A stretch of 64,000 nt of DNA. Origin: Octopus bimaculoides. Its lineage: Eukaryota. Both the position numbers and the translations under genes were made by a program. Positions 49,295 through 62,259 of the stretch are shown here, in pieces. Positions within the stretch are counted from its first letter, which is position 1; every line of letters starts with the position of its first letter. Where the stretch lies: NCBI RefSeq assembly GCF_001194135.2, contig NC_068996.1, positions 20,144,486 to 20,208,485 of the forward strand. The letters are read 5' to 3'. Under the pieces are notes generated by a model. The model did not search any database, was not told the origin of the DNA, and worked only from the letters and a program-made list of their open reading frames with translations.

Positions 49295-49520
49295 TTGTAT
49301 TGATGTTTGTCGCCCCATCATCGTTTGACAACCGATGTTCGTGTGTTTACGTCCCCGTAACTTAGCAGTTCTGCTAAAGAAACAGATAGAATAAGTACTA
49401 GGTTTACAAAAGTAAGTCCTGCGGTCGATTTCTTCGACCAAAACCCTTTAAGGCGGTACTCCAGCATGATTGCAGTCAGATGGCTGAAACAGGTAAAAGA
49501 ATAAAAGAATAAAAGAATAA
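49295..49520 (+). mobile_element. SINE family A tail
   Basis: TTGACAACCGATG...GTCCCCGTAACTTAGC...GGCGGTACTCCAGCATG...GAAACAGGTAAAAGA. Confidence 0.85.
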
Positions 49521-49958
49521 AAGTGCAACCTATATAGCAACACGCTATGTATATATATNNNNNNNNNNNNNNNNNNNNNNNNNNNNNNNNNNNNNNNNNN
49601 NNNNNNNNNNNNNNNNNNNNNNNNNNNNNNNNNNNNNNNNNNNNNNNNNNNNNNNNNNNNNNNNNNNNNNNNNNNNNNNNNNNNNNNNNNNNNNNNNNNN
49701 NNNNNNNNNNNNNNNNNNNNNNNNNNNNNNNNNNNNNNNNNNNNNNNNNNNNNNNNNNNNNNNNNNNNNNNNNNNNNNNNNNNNNNNNNNNNNNNNNNNN
49801 NNNNNNNNNNNNNNNNNNNNNNNNNNNNNNNNNNNNNNNNNNNNNNNNNNNNNNNNNNNNNNNNNNNNNNNNNNNNNNNNNNNNNNNNNNNNNNNNNNNN
49901 NNNNNNNNNNNNNNNNNNNNNNNNNNNNNNNNNNNNNNNNNNNNNNNNNNNNNNNNNN

Positions 49959-50007
<49 letters not shown>

Positions 50008-50594
50008 GTTTGCAAACGTACATGCATATATTCCTACACATACATACACAGACGCACACACAAACACACACACATACAAACACACACATCTGATTTATGG
50101 TTGAGTTAAAATGTTCTTTCGTAATCAGTTAAGAGATTTAAGTATTAATCTCTGGAGACGGTAACTGCTGCTCCAGATCCAACTTCAGTAGCTTTTTTCT
50201 GAACAAGCTTTATTGCGTCTCTGCTTATATTGATTTTTACATTTAATTATAGTTTTTTTTTAATCATTATATTTTAAACAGTAACTTTTGTTTTAATATC
50301 TACCTTCACTGGTATTTATTATTTATGCTCGGTGCCAGGTTTAAGTGACATTTATTTAATACATTATATCATCTTACCGTTCATTTCTTTACTGATTTCA
50401 ACCATCTGGATGCGGTCATGCTGGGGAACCACCATGTAGATTTTTCTTCAATTATTTTTATTGCAGTTTTCCGGTGTTTGTGGTAAATGGATGAGTTTTG
50501 ATGTCTCAGCCCTCTATGAGTGACGCATAAGCTCGTTTACGATTGTACTGTGAATGGTAAGCAAGTAGTGTTTGAAGTATTGTTATATATTCAC

Positions 50595-50919
50595 GCAAGA
50601 CTCGTGGCTTAGTGTTTAGGGTACCCGGTTCACGATCGTAAGAACGTGATTTTCAATATCCAGCCGCACGTTGTGTTCTTGAGCAAGACACTTTATTTCC
50701 CGTTGCTCCAGTCCACTCGGCTTGCAAAAATGAGTCGTTCGTGTATTTTAAAGGGCCAGCTCTGTCACATTCTATGTCACGCTGAACCTCCCTGATAATT
50801 ATGTTAAAAGTGTGTGCGTCTGTGGAAAGATTAACTAATTGTACATTAATTTCACGAGCAGGCTCTTCCGTTGATCGAATCAACTAGAACCAACGTTGTC
50901 GTAACCGACTGAGTGCCAA
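50595..50919 (+). mobile_element. SINE with family C head/core and family B tail
   Basis: 50595-50735 aligns to 26085-26230. 50745-50919 aligns to 19690-19865 (AAAGGGCCAGC...TTAATTTCACGAGCAGGCT...GTCGTAACCGAC). Confidence 0.82.
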
Positions 50920-51324
50920 GGTATTCAGCTCACGATTACAAGGTCGTGAGTTCAATTCCCAGCAGCCCATTACGGTTAAGTCTTTAAAAATGTTTGTGTA
51001 TATATATATATATATATATATATNNNNNNNNNNNNNNNNNNNNNNNNNNNNNNNNNNNNNNNNNNNNNNNNNNNNNNNNNNNNNNNNNNNNNNNNNNNNN
51101 NNNNNNNNNNNNNNNNNNNNNNNNNNNNNNNNNNNNNNNNNNNNNNNNNNNNNNNNNNNNNNNNNNNNNNNNNNNNNNNNNNNNNNNNNNNNNNNNNNNN
51201 NNNNNNNNNNNNNNNNNNNNNNNNNNNNNNNNNNNNNNNNNNNNNNNNNNNNNNNNNNNNNNNNNNNNNNNNNNNNNNNNNNNNNNNNNNNNNNNNNNNA
51301 TATATATATATATATATATATATA

Positions 51325-52262
51325 CATTGGGTCATCCCATAAATAATGCGGTTTTTTAAACTTCTTTTATATGTGGCCGAGCATTAATTATCCTGATGGA
51401 AGAACACCTTTCGTCTTGAAACTAAAGATGCTCGTTTTTCTTCTAGTGCTGACTTAAGCTGCTCAAGTTACTCACAGTAGATCTCCTTTGTTATCGTTTG
51501 GTTTGGGTTTAAAAGTTCAAAGTGGACTTTAATATCCCACCAAATAGATAACATCTTAACGTGGGTGAAAACCTTTTTTTATCCTGATGTGCCGATATTT
51601 CTTCCTTACCCTACCCATTGTTTTCGGCTCTTCACATTTTTATAGAGAACCCATTTCTAGTCACCAGTCACTATTTGGTCCAAAAAAGTTCATTCGTAAG
51701 ACATGACAGCAAAGCAAAAATTTGTGAGGAAACCATTGATCCAATTTGCTGACATTTCCGATGTCACGCAGGTGTCGATGAATAATTGAATGACCAAACT
51801 CAAGTTTTTCTGCTAGCTCCTCAACAGTTACGATGGGAGTTTCTTCCACCAGAGATTGCACAACGTCCTCGTCGAGCTCTACAGATCTTCCAGGACGGGG
51901 CTTGTCTTCTCGGCTGTAGTTTCCGGCTCGAAATTTCTAGAACCACCTTTGGCACTAGCTTACGATTATTGTCCGATTTCCATATACTGCACTAATATTC
52001 CTCGCACTTACAGTTGCGTTGTTGCTTTATTGAACTCATAAAGCAAAATATAATGAATATGCTCCTTTGTCACTTCCATTGTAGCTTTGAAAAATAACTG
52101 TTAAAATCGAACAGCACTCTCTAAAGCTTGCACTAAGAATAAGTACAAGGTAACATTACTATCTGCTTTTAGAGCAAGTTGATGCAGCTAGTTTATCCCG
52201 TCCCCTCCGACTTTTAGTTCATGCAATTGAAAAAACTGCATCATTTAGGGGATGACTTAATA
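51325..52262 (-). mobile_element. Mariner-like element with both TIRs, internally deleted
   Basis: TTGGGTCATCCCATAAATAATGCGGTTTTTT versus the reverse complement TTAAGTCATCCCCTAAATGATGCAGTTTTTT. Remnant VEELAEKL.FGHSIIHRHL..IG.VSKLDQWFPHK (WVPHEL-like). Inserted in (TA)n. Confidence 0.9.
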
Positions 52263-52319
52263 TATATATACATACATACACACACTTGTGTGTGTGTATG
52301 GATGTTTATGGAAATATAT

Positions 52320-52352
<33 letters not shown>

Positions 52353-52584
52353 GTATATATTATATATATACATATATATANNNNNNNNNNNNNNNNNNNN
52401 NNNNNNNNNNNNNNNNNNNNNNNNNNNNNNNNNNNNNNNNNNNNNNNNNNNNNNNNNNNNNNNNNNNNNNNNNNNNNNNNNNNNNNNNNNNNNNNNNNNN
52501 NNNNNNNNNNNNNNNNNNNNNNNNNNNNNNNNNNNNNNNNNNNNNNNNNNNNNNNNNNNNNNNNNNNNNNTATATATGTGTATG

Positions 52585-52629
<45 letters not shown>

Positions 52630-53380
52630 TTTTATGGTTGTTATTTTTGTTGTTGTTATTATTTAAAACTGTTTTGGCCGGTTCCTTGCAACTTAAAGCT
52701 TTGCAGGTTCTTGACAGAAATCTGTCCCTTTTAGTTTTTAAGTTACTTAATGTAGATATCTCTTCATTCGGTAACCTAAATCCTGAAAGCAATCGGTTTC
52801 TGTTAGAGTTATGCGAAACCTTAAGTCGAATGGAACCGAATTAAATTTTTTTAAATAATACATGTAACTCCCACTAAATGTGTTGAGTGCCATTTTCTTT
52901 CATTTGTCCACTCATTCCAGTATGTGTGTGTGTGCGCGTGCGTGTGTCTGGGCAAGCACTCGGGCATGCGTATGTGTGAACGTCAGGAAATGGATAACTT
53001 CATATCGTTCGCTAGAGTTAAATTATAATTAAGTAGTATATTTTTCATAATAATAAAATGGAATAAGTAGAAAAAGAGGAGACATGTGAAATAGGGAGTC
53101 GTTGGAGAAGTCACAGGATGTGTGACAAAAGAGCTTAGACAGAGAAACTAAAATAATAATACAGCTGAAGTGAACACCAAATATATAGAGCGTGTGTATA
53201 ATTGGCAAAAAATGACCGTCCCCAAGTATATCAAAATAATAATATATTATGGGTGGGTGTTCATTAAAATTAATTTTGTGGTCCTTAAGGAAGTATTGTA
53301 GCTGCATAAGTTTTAGTGGTTCAGTAACGTCTCCATATTCAGTTGGAAAGCAATTCTAAGTCTACGAATACTATTACTGA

Positions 53381-53579
53381 TTTCAAATTTATGCACAAGA
53401 TCAGCAATTTTGTGGGAGGGACCAAGTCGATTTCATCAACCCCAGTGCTCAACAGGCAACCCCGAAAAAATGGAGGGCAAAATCAACCACGGCGGAATTT
53501 TAACTCAGAATGTAAAGGCGGATGAAATGTTACTAAGCATTTTGTCTTGCGCGCAAACTATTCTGCCAGCTCACCACTT
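53381..53579 (-). mobile_element. SINE family D (Nin-like) copy
   Basis: Homologous to 32825-33017. Confidence 0.78.
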
Positions 53580-54299
53580 TGACAGATAATATTAGTCACT
53601 GTGGTCGATGAATTTCATACGAAGCAGTTGAGTGCATCAATATCGAGCCTTTATAATTTTGTAGTGACACACATTACTCAACCGCAGTTCCTTGTAACAT
53701 AAATTTTATTGCAAAGATCAAGGTGAGATATGCCATAGCATTTTCTAAATTTTACATGATTTTATGCTTTCGAAGTGGTCGTTCTCAGCCGGCTTTTCGA
53801 GTCAATTCTTCGGTTTGCCTTTGTATGTTTAAACTCAGATTTATTGCTTCAATGTTATTCTTTTTTTATGCGCGTTACTTATGTCTTTTAATGAAGTTAT
53901 TAGATTTCTGCATTTCAAATACAACTTTTTCTCCACGTATTTACGTACTTAAATATATGTATGTATATATATGTATATANNNNNNNNNNNNNNNNNNNNN
54001 NNNNNNNNNNNNNNNNNNNNNNNNNNNNNNNNNNNNNNNNNNNNNNNNNNNNNNNNNNNNNNNNNNNNNNNNNNNNNNNNNNNNNNNNNNNNNNNNNNNN
54101 NNNNNNNNNNNTATATATATATATATATATATATATTAACAACAGAGACCGCATTAATACCGAGAGGTAATATTTATCCCCACTTAAACGCGAATGTTCT
54201 GTTAGAACAAACTGTACAGCAGTAGCTGCCATGAGAGAAGCTCTCATATTGGCTTTTGGTGCAAAGTGCAATCTTGTTAATATCGCTAGCGCTGGACCC

Positions 54300-55340
54300 T
54301 TCTGGTCCACAGTTTCTTCTCTAACCCCACCTCCCAGCCTGACTCGTTTCTCTTCCCCCGCCCACGCTGCCGCACTTGTCCTACCACTACAACACCATCT
54401 TCCTCACAGGCACCCATCATCGTCCCTATCATATCACCGATTCCTTTACCTGCACTTCTAGCAACGTCATTTACTGCATCTCCTGCTCTTCTCTGTGCAT
54501 CGGTCAAATGGGACGCCGCTTGGTTGACCAGTTCGCGGAGCACCTCCGAGATATCAGACTCGGCATGGACACTGCGGTCTCGCGCTATATCCGCTCTACC
54601 TGTCATTCACTACAACACCTACCTGTGTTCGAATTGTCTTTGCACAGGTGCTATCCGGACTCTCATCTTCGCCGTGAATAGGAATTAATCTTCTCTCTTC
54701 CATCCTTTGCGCCACATGGGCTCGACTCCTCTCCTCTCACTTTTTTGGCACCTACTTCTTCTCTTCACTCCTACCCACCTTTCCTCTCCTCTCTTCATCT
54801 GACACTTACTTCTTCTCTTCACTCCTACCCACCTCCTCCCTTCATTGATACCATCTCACCGCGTCCCACACTCATCATACCCCTACCTCATATCTCAAAA
54901 CAACATACCTACACCATCATCCGCACACCTACACACCCGCACGTTACAGACGCGCACACATACACACGTACACACGCACACATCCACAAACGTCAAAGTC
55001 ACTAGCCCCTATCCATACACACACACGTTCTCCCATACACACACGCACACGCACCTTCGTTTTGAATCACCAATACTTTATTATCTCCCCTTCTTTCAAC
55101 CTCTTCTGTCAACCTTTTTTCCTAGTCAGTCGCCATGCTTGACCGCTAGTTTTTTTACCACAAGTTTTTTTCTTTTTATTCTCTCTGTTTATTTTCTCTT
55201 TCTGTTGAAAAGCGTAGGCTCGAAGCGTAAAAGACTTTTTCACTTTCCCGAGTGTCAAACTTATACACCTGTATATGTCGTCGTTCCGACATTTGAAACT
55301 CCGAATAGTATAAGGACAACCCTTTACTGTTTTTTCTAAA
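54300..55340 (+). mobile_element. Penelope-like (Neptune-type) GIY-YIG endonuclease remnant and pseudo-LTR
   Basis: RPRCRTCP linker, then FTCTSSNVIYCISC...CIGQMGRRL.D.FAEHLRDI...RRE.ELIFSL, and a degenerate hammerhead core at 55197-55234. Confidence 0.88.
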
Positions 55341-55429
55341 TTATAAGATATATGAAGAATCCTCTATTTCTTTAATATCGAGGTCTCATTCTTTTGTTGT
55401 TACTTTTTATCATTATCATTATTATTATT

Positions 55430-56230
55430 GTCTTTGCACAGCTTTTAAAGCTGGAGATGTACTGCAGTGTCAGCTGTTCACTGCCAGTGAACTAAGGTAA
55501 CATCTCTTATTTTCCGAGCACCTTCCAGAGTATTCGAACGGTTCCAATCAATGCTGTTTCTACAAGTGCTCCACCCTTATTGCATCCCCAATTTGTTCCA
55601 CGTACCTCTCGAGATTTTTGCTCACTGTTCCCAGGGCTCCGACATTTATTGGTACTACTGCTACCTTTTTTATCGACCACAACTGCTTAACTTCCCAAGG
55701 TAACCTCTCATATCTCTCGACTTTACTTTCTTCCTTATCGCATACCTTGTTATCAGCTGGGCATACTATGTCTATGATCCAGCATAGTTTGTTTTCTTCC
55801 GCAATAAAGACTATGTCTGGCTTCCTATTCTCTATCTCATGGTCGCACTGAATCATAAATTCCACAGGATCTTTGCATTTCCATTTTCGATGATGCCTTC
55901 AGGTTTGTGGGCGTACCAATTTTTTGCTCTGTCAAGTCCATATTTGTTGTAAAGTATCCAATGGACAAGCCTGGCTATATTGTCGTGGCGTCTCTTATAT
56001 TCCTTCTGGGCTAGTGACGCACATTGGTTGGTAATATGCTATACGGTTTCACCGTTTTGTCTACAGATTCTCCACTTATCAATTTCTGCTATGTTGTCTA
56101 TTCTGTATTTTATGTAGTTTGTTCTTAGCGCTTGCCCTTGGGCAGCACAGATTAGAGCCTCCGTATCCGGTTTTAAATCACTTTTCATCATCCACAGTCA
56201 TCTCTTTTCTCTGTCTGTCTTATCTTCAAC
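55430..56230 (-). mobile_element. R4/Dong-like 3' fragment between two (ATT)n tracts
   Basis: ETV.HITNQC..LAQKEYKRRHDNIARLVHW, NRKPDIV...IIDIVCPAD, VPINVGALG. Confidence 0.9.
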
Positions 56231-56259
56231 ATCCCTATAAAATTGATCATGCATTACTC

Positions 56260-56300
<41 letters not shown>

Positions 56301-56433
56301 CATTATTATTAGTATTATTATTAAATAATAAGCGTAAAAATATTGAATATTAATTTGACTAATATCAATTTAAACCAGTGGCTTAGCATATCGTATAATT
56401 CTGAAGATTCAGAAAAATTATATTCCATACATT

Positions 56434-56716
56434 TAAGAGGGTTGACCACCAAGTGAACATCCAATTGGCAAAACTATATGCATGTTCAATCTCGTCTGGA
56501 CGTCTCGTGTATAGTTGTACAAATTATATTTTGCTATGACGGTTACACTGATGAATTGCGGTGTGACTAATCATATTTTGTATTTTTTCATTTGTCTTGC
56601 TTGCTTACGTTCTGGCGTTTGCTGAATTTTCTTGAGAACAATCTTTTCTTAGTGGTCAGACCATATGGGGTCTACATCTAGTATATTGGATATCCACTTA
56701 GTGGTCATCCCTCTTA
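56434..56716. mobile_element. Mariner-type MITE, about 283 bp
   Basis: 22-bp TIRs TAAGAGGGTTGACCACCAAGTG (56434-56455) and CACTTAGTGGTCATCCCTCTTA (56695-56716) with 2 mismatches. The terminal TA is consistent with a TSD. Confidence 0.75.
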
Positions 56717-57031
56717 TATGTATGTGTATGTATATATATATATATATATATATNNNNNNNNNNNNNNNNNNNNNNNNNNNNNNNNNNNNNNNNNNNNNNN
56801 NNNNNNNNNNNNNNNNNNNNNNNNNNNNNNNNNNNNNNNNNNNNNNNNNNNNNNNNNNNNNNNNNNNNNNNNNNNNNNNNNNNNNNNNNNNNNNNNNNNN
56901 NNNNNNNNNNNNNNNNNNNNNNNNNNNNNNNNNNNNNNNNNNNNNNNNNNNNNNNNNNNNNNNNNNNNNNNNNNNNNNNNNNNNNNNNNNNNNNNNNNNN
57001 NNNNNNNNNNNNNNNNNNNNNNNNNNNNNNN

Positions 57032-57074
<43 letters not shown>

Positions 57075-57439
57075 TGTGTGTGTGTGAGTGTGCAGGCGCA
57101 AGCATGGTTGTACGGTATAATACATACGTGTGTGTGTGCTTGGGCATGCATGTACGCATATCTGTAAATGTATGTGAGTGTGTGTCTAAAAGATTATATC
57201 TCTATATAAGTAAACAAATATGTTGCCGTTGAACTTGTCGTTCTTGCTTGTTTATCTTTGTCAATGGTGACTGAGTGCATCAGCCATAATATAGAGCGGG
57301 CTGGTGTAGCCACTTCTGTCTGTGGATTATTGTCTTTTTAGAAAACACTTCTACATGTCGGGTATGTACAGTCTACTGGATATGGAACGTAGAGAAAGTG
57401 ATCTCTGAAATAATTACCGAAGCAGACTTATGTATTAAA

Positions 57440-57715
57440 CATTCTAATTTTTACTTTATTAAAAACATTTAAATACAAAGAAACGGCAAAGGAGAGATGA
57501 CAAAGAAAAAGAAAAAATGTGTGGAGGGTTAAGCAGAGGAAAATGGGGGAGTTGATGGGCCACATGTCCCAGAACATGCAGGGTACTCCGCTTCGCCCTG
57601 CAGTAGCGTTGCTGCAGAGAATGGCCAGCAATACTCGCTGCAGCAGTCACCCCACCACGCGAACTCATTTCTCCGACGGGCCGTAGCCATCCTTAATTTG
57701 AAGAGGAAATCGGTA
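57440..57715 (-). mobile_element. CRE/NeSL-like RLE retrotransposon 3' end
   Basis: RRNEFAW...LQRVLLAILCSNA (RExxWLxQRxSxAIxRGNA-like) followed by a 3' UTR ending TATTTAAATGTTTTTAATAAAG. Confidence 0.6.
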
Positions 57716-57764
57716 GTACGGGGAGTCCTACAACACTTAACATTTTGACGGCGGCTAGCGAAAT

Positions 57765-58205
57765 TATAATAATGACCGGCCTTCGTAACACAGTGTAGGT
57801 AAAAATACATCGGAGTCTTTAGTCATCTGTCAAGTCACAAGGAATTCGGACAGATAATACTTTCTTTAAGATATGCACTGTGCCCAATAAGGCTGCTTTC
57901 TGCAAGACATCAATCTTGCATGGGATTTCCAGTTGCCTTAAGAAGTCTTGAAGTTTCAATGAGATTGAGCCCAACGCTCCGATCACCACTGGTATCACTT
58001 TTACATTACCCTCTCGCATTCCATAGTTTTGCCATTTCCACTTTCAGTTCAGAATACTTGTTGATTTTTTTCAACCTCTTTACTCACAACATTCATGTCA
58101 TTTGGTATGGCTACATCAATGATCTGACAGTATTTGTCTCTCTTATTCAATATGACAATAACCGGTCGACGGTGTTCGATTACACGATCCGTCTGAAAAT
58201 TCTTA
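57765..58205 (-). mobile_element. R4/Dong-like RLE fragment
   Basis: FQTDRVIEHRRP.IV...IIDVAIPND, VIPVVIGALG, LQKAALLGTVHILKKVL. (ATT/GTT)n at 58206-58300. Confidence 0.9.
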
Positions 58206-58253
<48 letters not shown>

Positions 58254-58261
58254 GCATTATT

Positions 58262-58294
<33 letters not shown>

Positions 58295-58304
58295 GCTGTC
58301 GTTG

Positions 58305-58548
58305 GATGAGAGAGAGATAGTAATGCATTCTGTCAAAGTGACACTGAGGTACAAATATACGAAGCCCAATATACCCATCACGACTACTCGTCTGATAAGG
58401 GTACACCAGCTACATGCATCACAACCATATGTGCGGGACATGGTGATCTCATATGAGGATAAACAGCGCTTGACCTTGCAAGTGGGGCCCAGTTAGAATT
58501 TTCTTCAAGCTAAGTAGCTTATTCTGCTCAAAAGGCTTGTTTAAGGAT
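58305..58548 (-). mobile_element. Second copy (3' half) of the unclassified (TAA)n-tailed repeat
   Basis: Reverse complement aligns to 8930-9170. Confidence 0.7.
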
Positions 58549-58640
58549 GATGGGCAAGTGTCTTCTACTATAGCCTTGGGCCGCCAAAAGCCTTGTGAGT
58601 GGATCTGGTAGACGGAAACTGAAAGAATCCCGTTGTATAT
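58548..58640 (+). mobile_element. SINE family A core fragment
   Basis: GGGCAAGTGTCTTCTACTATAGCC...GGAAACTGAAAGAA. Confidence 0.8.
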
Positions 58641-58819
58641 ATATATATATATTAAGGTTGTGTCGGGTTGGCCTATGTTTAATTGGTATTGATTGCGTTT
58701 AGATTTAGATAGACTTACTTTTTGCTTCATTTCTTTTATCTCGACTTATGCTGAGCTTAGCTTTTAGTTGTTTGAAGTTGGAGTTTATTTTTATCTGTGG
58801 ATGCATCCACAAATAGAAA

Positions 58820-58886
<67 letters not shown>

Positions 58887-59517
58887 NNNNNNNNNNNNNN
58901 NNNNNNNNNNNNNNNNNNNNNNNNNNNNNNNNNNNNNNNNNNNNNNNNNNNNNNNNNNNNNNNNNNNNNNNNNNNNNNNNNNNNNNNNNNNNNNNNNNNN
59001 NNNNNNNNNNNNNNNNNNNNNNNNNNNNNNNNNNNNNNNNNNNNNNNNNNNNNNNNNNNNNNNNNNNNNNNNNNNNNNNNNNNNNNNNNNNNNNNNNNNN
59101 NNNNNNNNNNNNNNNNNNNNNNNNNNNNNNNNNNNNNNNNNNNNNNNNNNNNNNNNNNNNNNNNNNNNNNNNNNNNNNNNNNNNNNNNNNNNNNNNNNNN
59201 NNNNNNNNNNNNNNNNNNNNNNNNNNNNNNNNNNNNNNNNNNNNNNNNNNNNNNNNNNNNNNNNNNNNNNNNNNNNNNNNNNNNNNNNNNNNNNNNNNNN
59301 NNNNNNNNNNNNNNNNNNNNNNNNNNNNNNNNNNNNNNNNNNNNNNNNNNNNNNNNNNNNNNNNNNNNNNNNNNNNNNNNNNNNNNNNNNNNNNNNNNNN
59401 NNNAATTGTACCATATAAAATTATATATTTGAATAAACGTATTTTACCTAAAAGGTTTTTATATGCTGGCTATTAATGAAATTCATTAATTTTAATGATT
59501 TTTATCCTCTAATTATG

Positions 59518-59554
<37 letters not shown>

Positions 59555-59560
<6 letters not shown>

Positions 59561-60494
59561 CTTGCAGATAAATTATTGAGACAATTTTTATGATGTATAA
59601 AACTGGTTATAAAAACTAAAATAATGGTAGTAGACAGATATAATTTTAATGTAACATTTATTATAACAAAAAGATTTATTATTCAATATGGCTTCCCTAT
59701 TGGGAAATTACTCCTTCCACACGAGAGTAAAACTTTTTGGGAGCTACCGCAACATCCTCCTTTTTGATTTTGCGTGTTGCACGCATGATGCAGGTCTTCA
59801 AACTGTTGACACTCGAGTGTGGTGAAGCAGTGGTCATTGCTTGAAGTACACCCCATAAAATGTAATCGAGAAGGTTGAGATCTGGATTATTCCTGAACAC
59901 GTGTGTGACTTTTGATCCGTGGCATGGTGCAGAATCCTGCATAAGCACCACATTGTCTATCCAAGATAACAGAGAGGTCTTCAGGATGTCCAGATACTCC
60001 TTTGTGCCGATCTTTAAGCCAGATTTAATGAAGTGTGGATCCATAGCTCCAAATACCATCACAGAGGCAGCATTCTTAGTCTCAAACACAGTGGTGGGGG
60101 GACGTCAGAAGGGTTGTATGCAATCACCCGAGAATTTCTGAGATTCACCTCAGCATCTACAGTGAACCTCCTCGTTCACAAACACAAGAGTTTTTTCTGC
60201 ATCTTGATGCTTGATGAATAACAGAAGCTTTGGGCATCTCTCGGCCTTGGCTATTAAGAAGTGACGACGTCGTCGAACATAGCTGGCCATGCCATGGTCA
60301 CAGTTCTGGACACCGTGGAAAGGGACATATTACGTATCTTTGCAAGTGTTGTCATGGGTGTGGATGGGCTGGCTTCAATCGAGCGTTTGATGCCAGCGGA
60401 AAACTTTGGATTGCACTTGGAATCACTTCGAGTCTTGTGTTCTTTCCTATCAACATTCCTGTCTTCTTGGTCTCAATTTATCTGCAAGACCCTG
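59555..60494 (-). mobile_element. Tc1/mariner (maT-like) transposon relic with both TIRs
   Basis: TIRs (T/C)AGGGTCTTGCAGATAAATT. ORF 59697-60089 has ASVMVFGA, QDSAPCH, PDLNLLDYILWGVL and ..RVEGVI. Confidence 0.88.
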
Positions 60495-60496
60495 TC

Positions 60497-60538
<42 letters not shown>

Positions 60539-60973
60539 TATATATATATNNNNNNNNNNNNNNNNNNNNNNNNNNNNNNNNNNNNNNNNNNNNNNNNNNN
60601 NNNNNNNNNNNNNNNNNNNNNNNNNNNNNNNNNNNNNNNNNNNNNNNNNNNNNNNNNNNNNNNNNNNNNNNNNNNNNNNNNNNNNNNNNNNNNNNNNNNN
60701 NNNNNNNNNNNNNNNNNNNNNNNNNNNNNNNNNNNNNNNNNNNNNNNNNNNNNNNNNNNNNNNNNNNNNNNNNNNNNNNNNNNNNNNNNNNNNNNNNNNN
60801 NNNNNNNNNNNNNNNNNNNNNNNNNNNNNNNNNNNNNNNNNNNNNNNNNNNNNNNNNNNNNNNNNNNNNNNNNNNNNNNNNNNNNNNNNNNNNNNNNNNN
60901 NNNNNNNNNNNNNNNNNNNNNNNNNNNNNNNNNNNNNNNNNNNNNNNNNNNNNNNNNNNNNNNNNNNNNNNNN

Positions 60974-61006
<33 letters not shown>

Positions 61007-61032
61007 ATGTGTGTGTATATGTTTGTGTGTCT

Positions 61033-61242
61033 GTGTTTGTTCCCCCCCCCCAACATCGCTTGACAACCGATGGTGATGTGTTTACGTCCCCGTAACTTAG
61101 CGGTTCGGCAAAAGAGACCGATAGAATAAGTACTAGGCTTACAAAGAATAAGTCCTGGGGTCAATTTGCTCGACTAAAGGCGGTGCTCCAGCATGGCCGC
61201 AGTCAAATGACTGAAACAAGTAAAAGAGAGTAAAGAGAGTAT
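61033..61242 (+). mobile_element. SINE family A tail, well preserved
   Basis: Nearly identical to the reverse complement of 26391-26590. Confidence 0.92.
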
Positions 61243-62259
61243 AGAGAAAAAAAGGAAAAAAGTTGAATATAGTTGTAATCATACAGTTTTGCTTCTGTAT
61301 CTCTTTAGGACGTTAAGTAGATGACTAAATCAAAAATAGCAATTGGTGGATTAATCCTTTGTACCGGGGTGATAGGATGGATCGATAATAAAAGCATAAA
61401 AAATAATAATTGTATACGCCAATAGATTTTAGTCGGAGAAGGGGTGAAGATACAATAAGGTTTTAGATTAATCATAATAATTTATAATGATTATGTTTGT
61501 AGTAGTAATTAATAGTATGAATCATAATAAAGTGGTAATCGCTTAAATGTAACTTTTTATTTATTTACTAGTAGGTGCTTAAGTCCTTCCACCTGTTGTC
61601 TGAAGTGAGATAGGCCAAGGTTCAACGTTCGATGTAATTGGTCAGTTAAAATTAAAAACAAAAGACCAGCTATTGAGACCACTATACGGGGTAAGATAAA
61701 TATATGAATGCGAAAATGGTGTATGTGGTAAGAAGCACTAAAACGCTTAGGTTAGTAAATACTAGATTTAAAAAATAATATTATGAAATACAAATAGGAA
61801 TGTGAAATTAGTAAAAACAATGAAACGAATTTATTCCATAGGAAAATTAGGGAAACATTTATGGTTAAGGGGAGATAATAACTAGGGTAAGTGGCCTAAA
61901 TTAGGGACTGCTGGTCTGTCATCCTAATCAGTGTGTTGACTAGCCCAACAAACAGCTAATTAGCTAAACAATCTATAAATTAGTCAATCTAGTGGTAAAT
62001 TAAATAAGAAGTAGATATCCCTAATTAAATTAATGATTACAGTTTATAATTGAAATATAAAATTAAAATACTTGCAAATTGTTTACAATAGCAAAAACAT
62101 ATTTGACATATGGTTAGTTCCTATTGCAAATGGCGAACGTTACCAGATCTGCTCTGGTAACAGAAAACCAAGGGAATTGGCCATGACACACTCAGTGTGA
62201 CTTCTATGTATGTATGTATGTATGTATGTATGTATGATTTGTGTTTGAGTTTAATATAA

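Noticed and set aside
54740-54850. Short direct repeat CTTCTTCTCTTCACTCCTACCCACC twice, and other spaced repeats considered as CRISPR-like
   Set aside because: Only two units within a PLE 3' region of eukaryotic DNA, with no regular repeat-spacer array and no cas genes.
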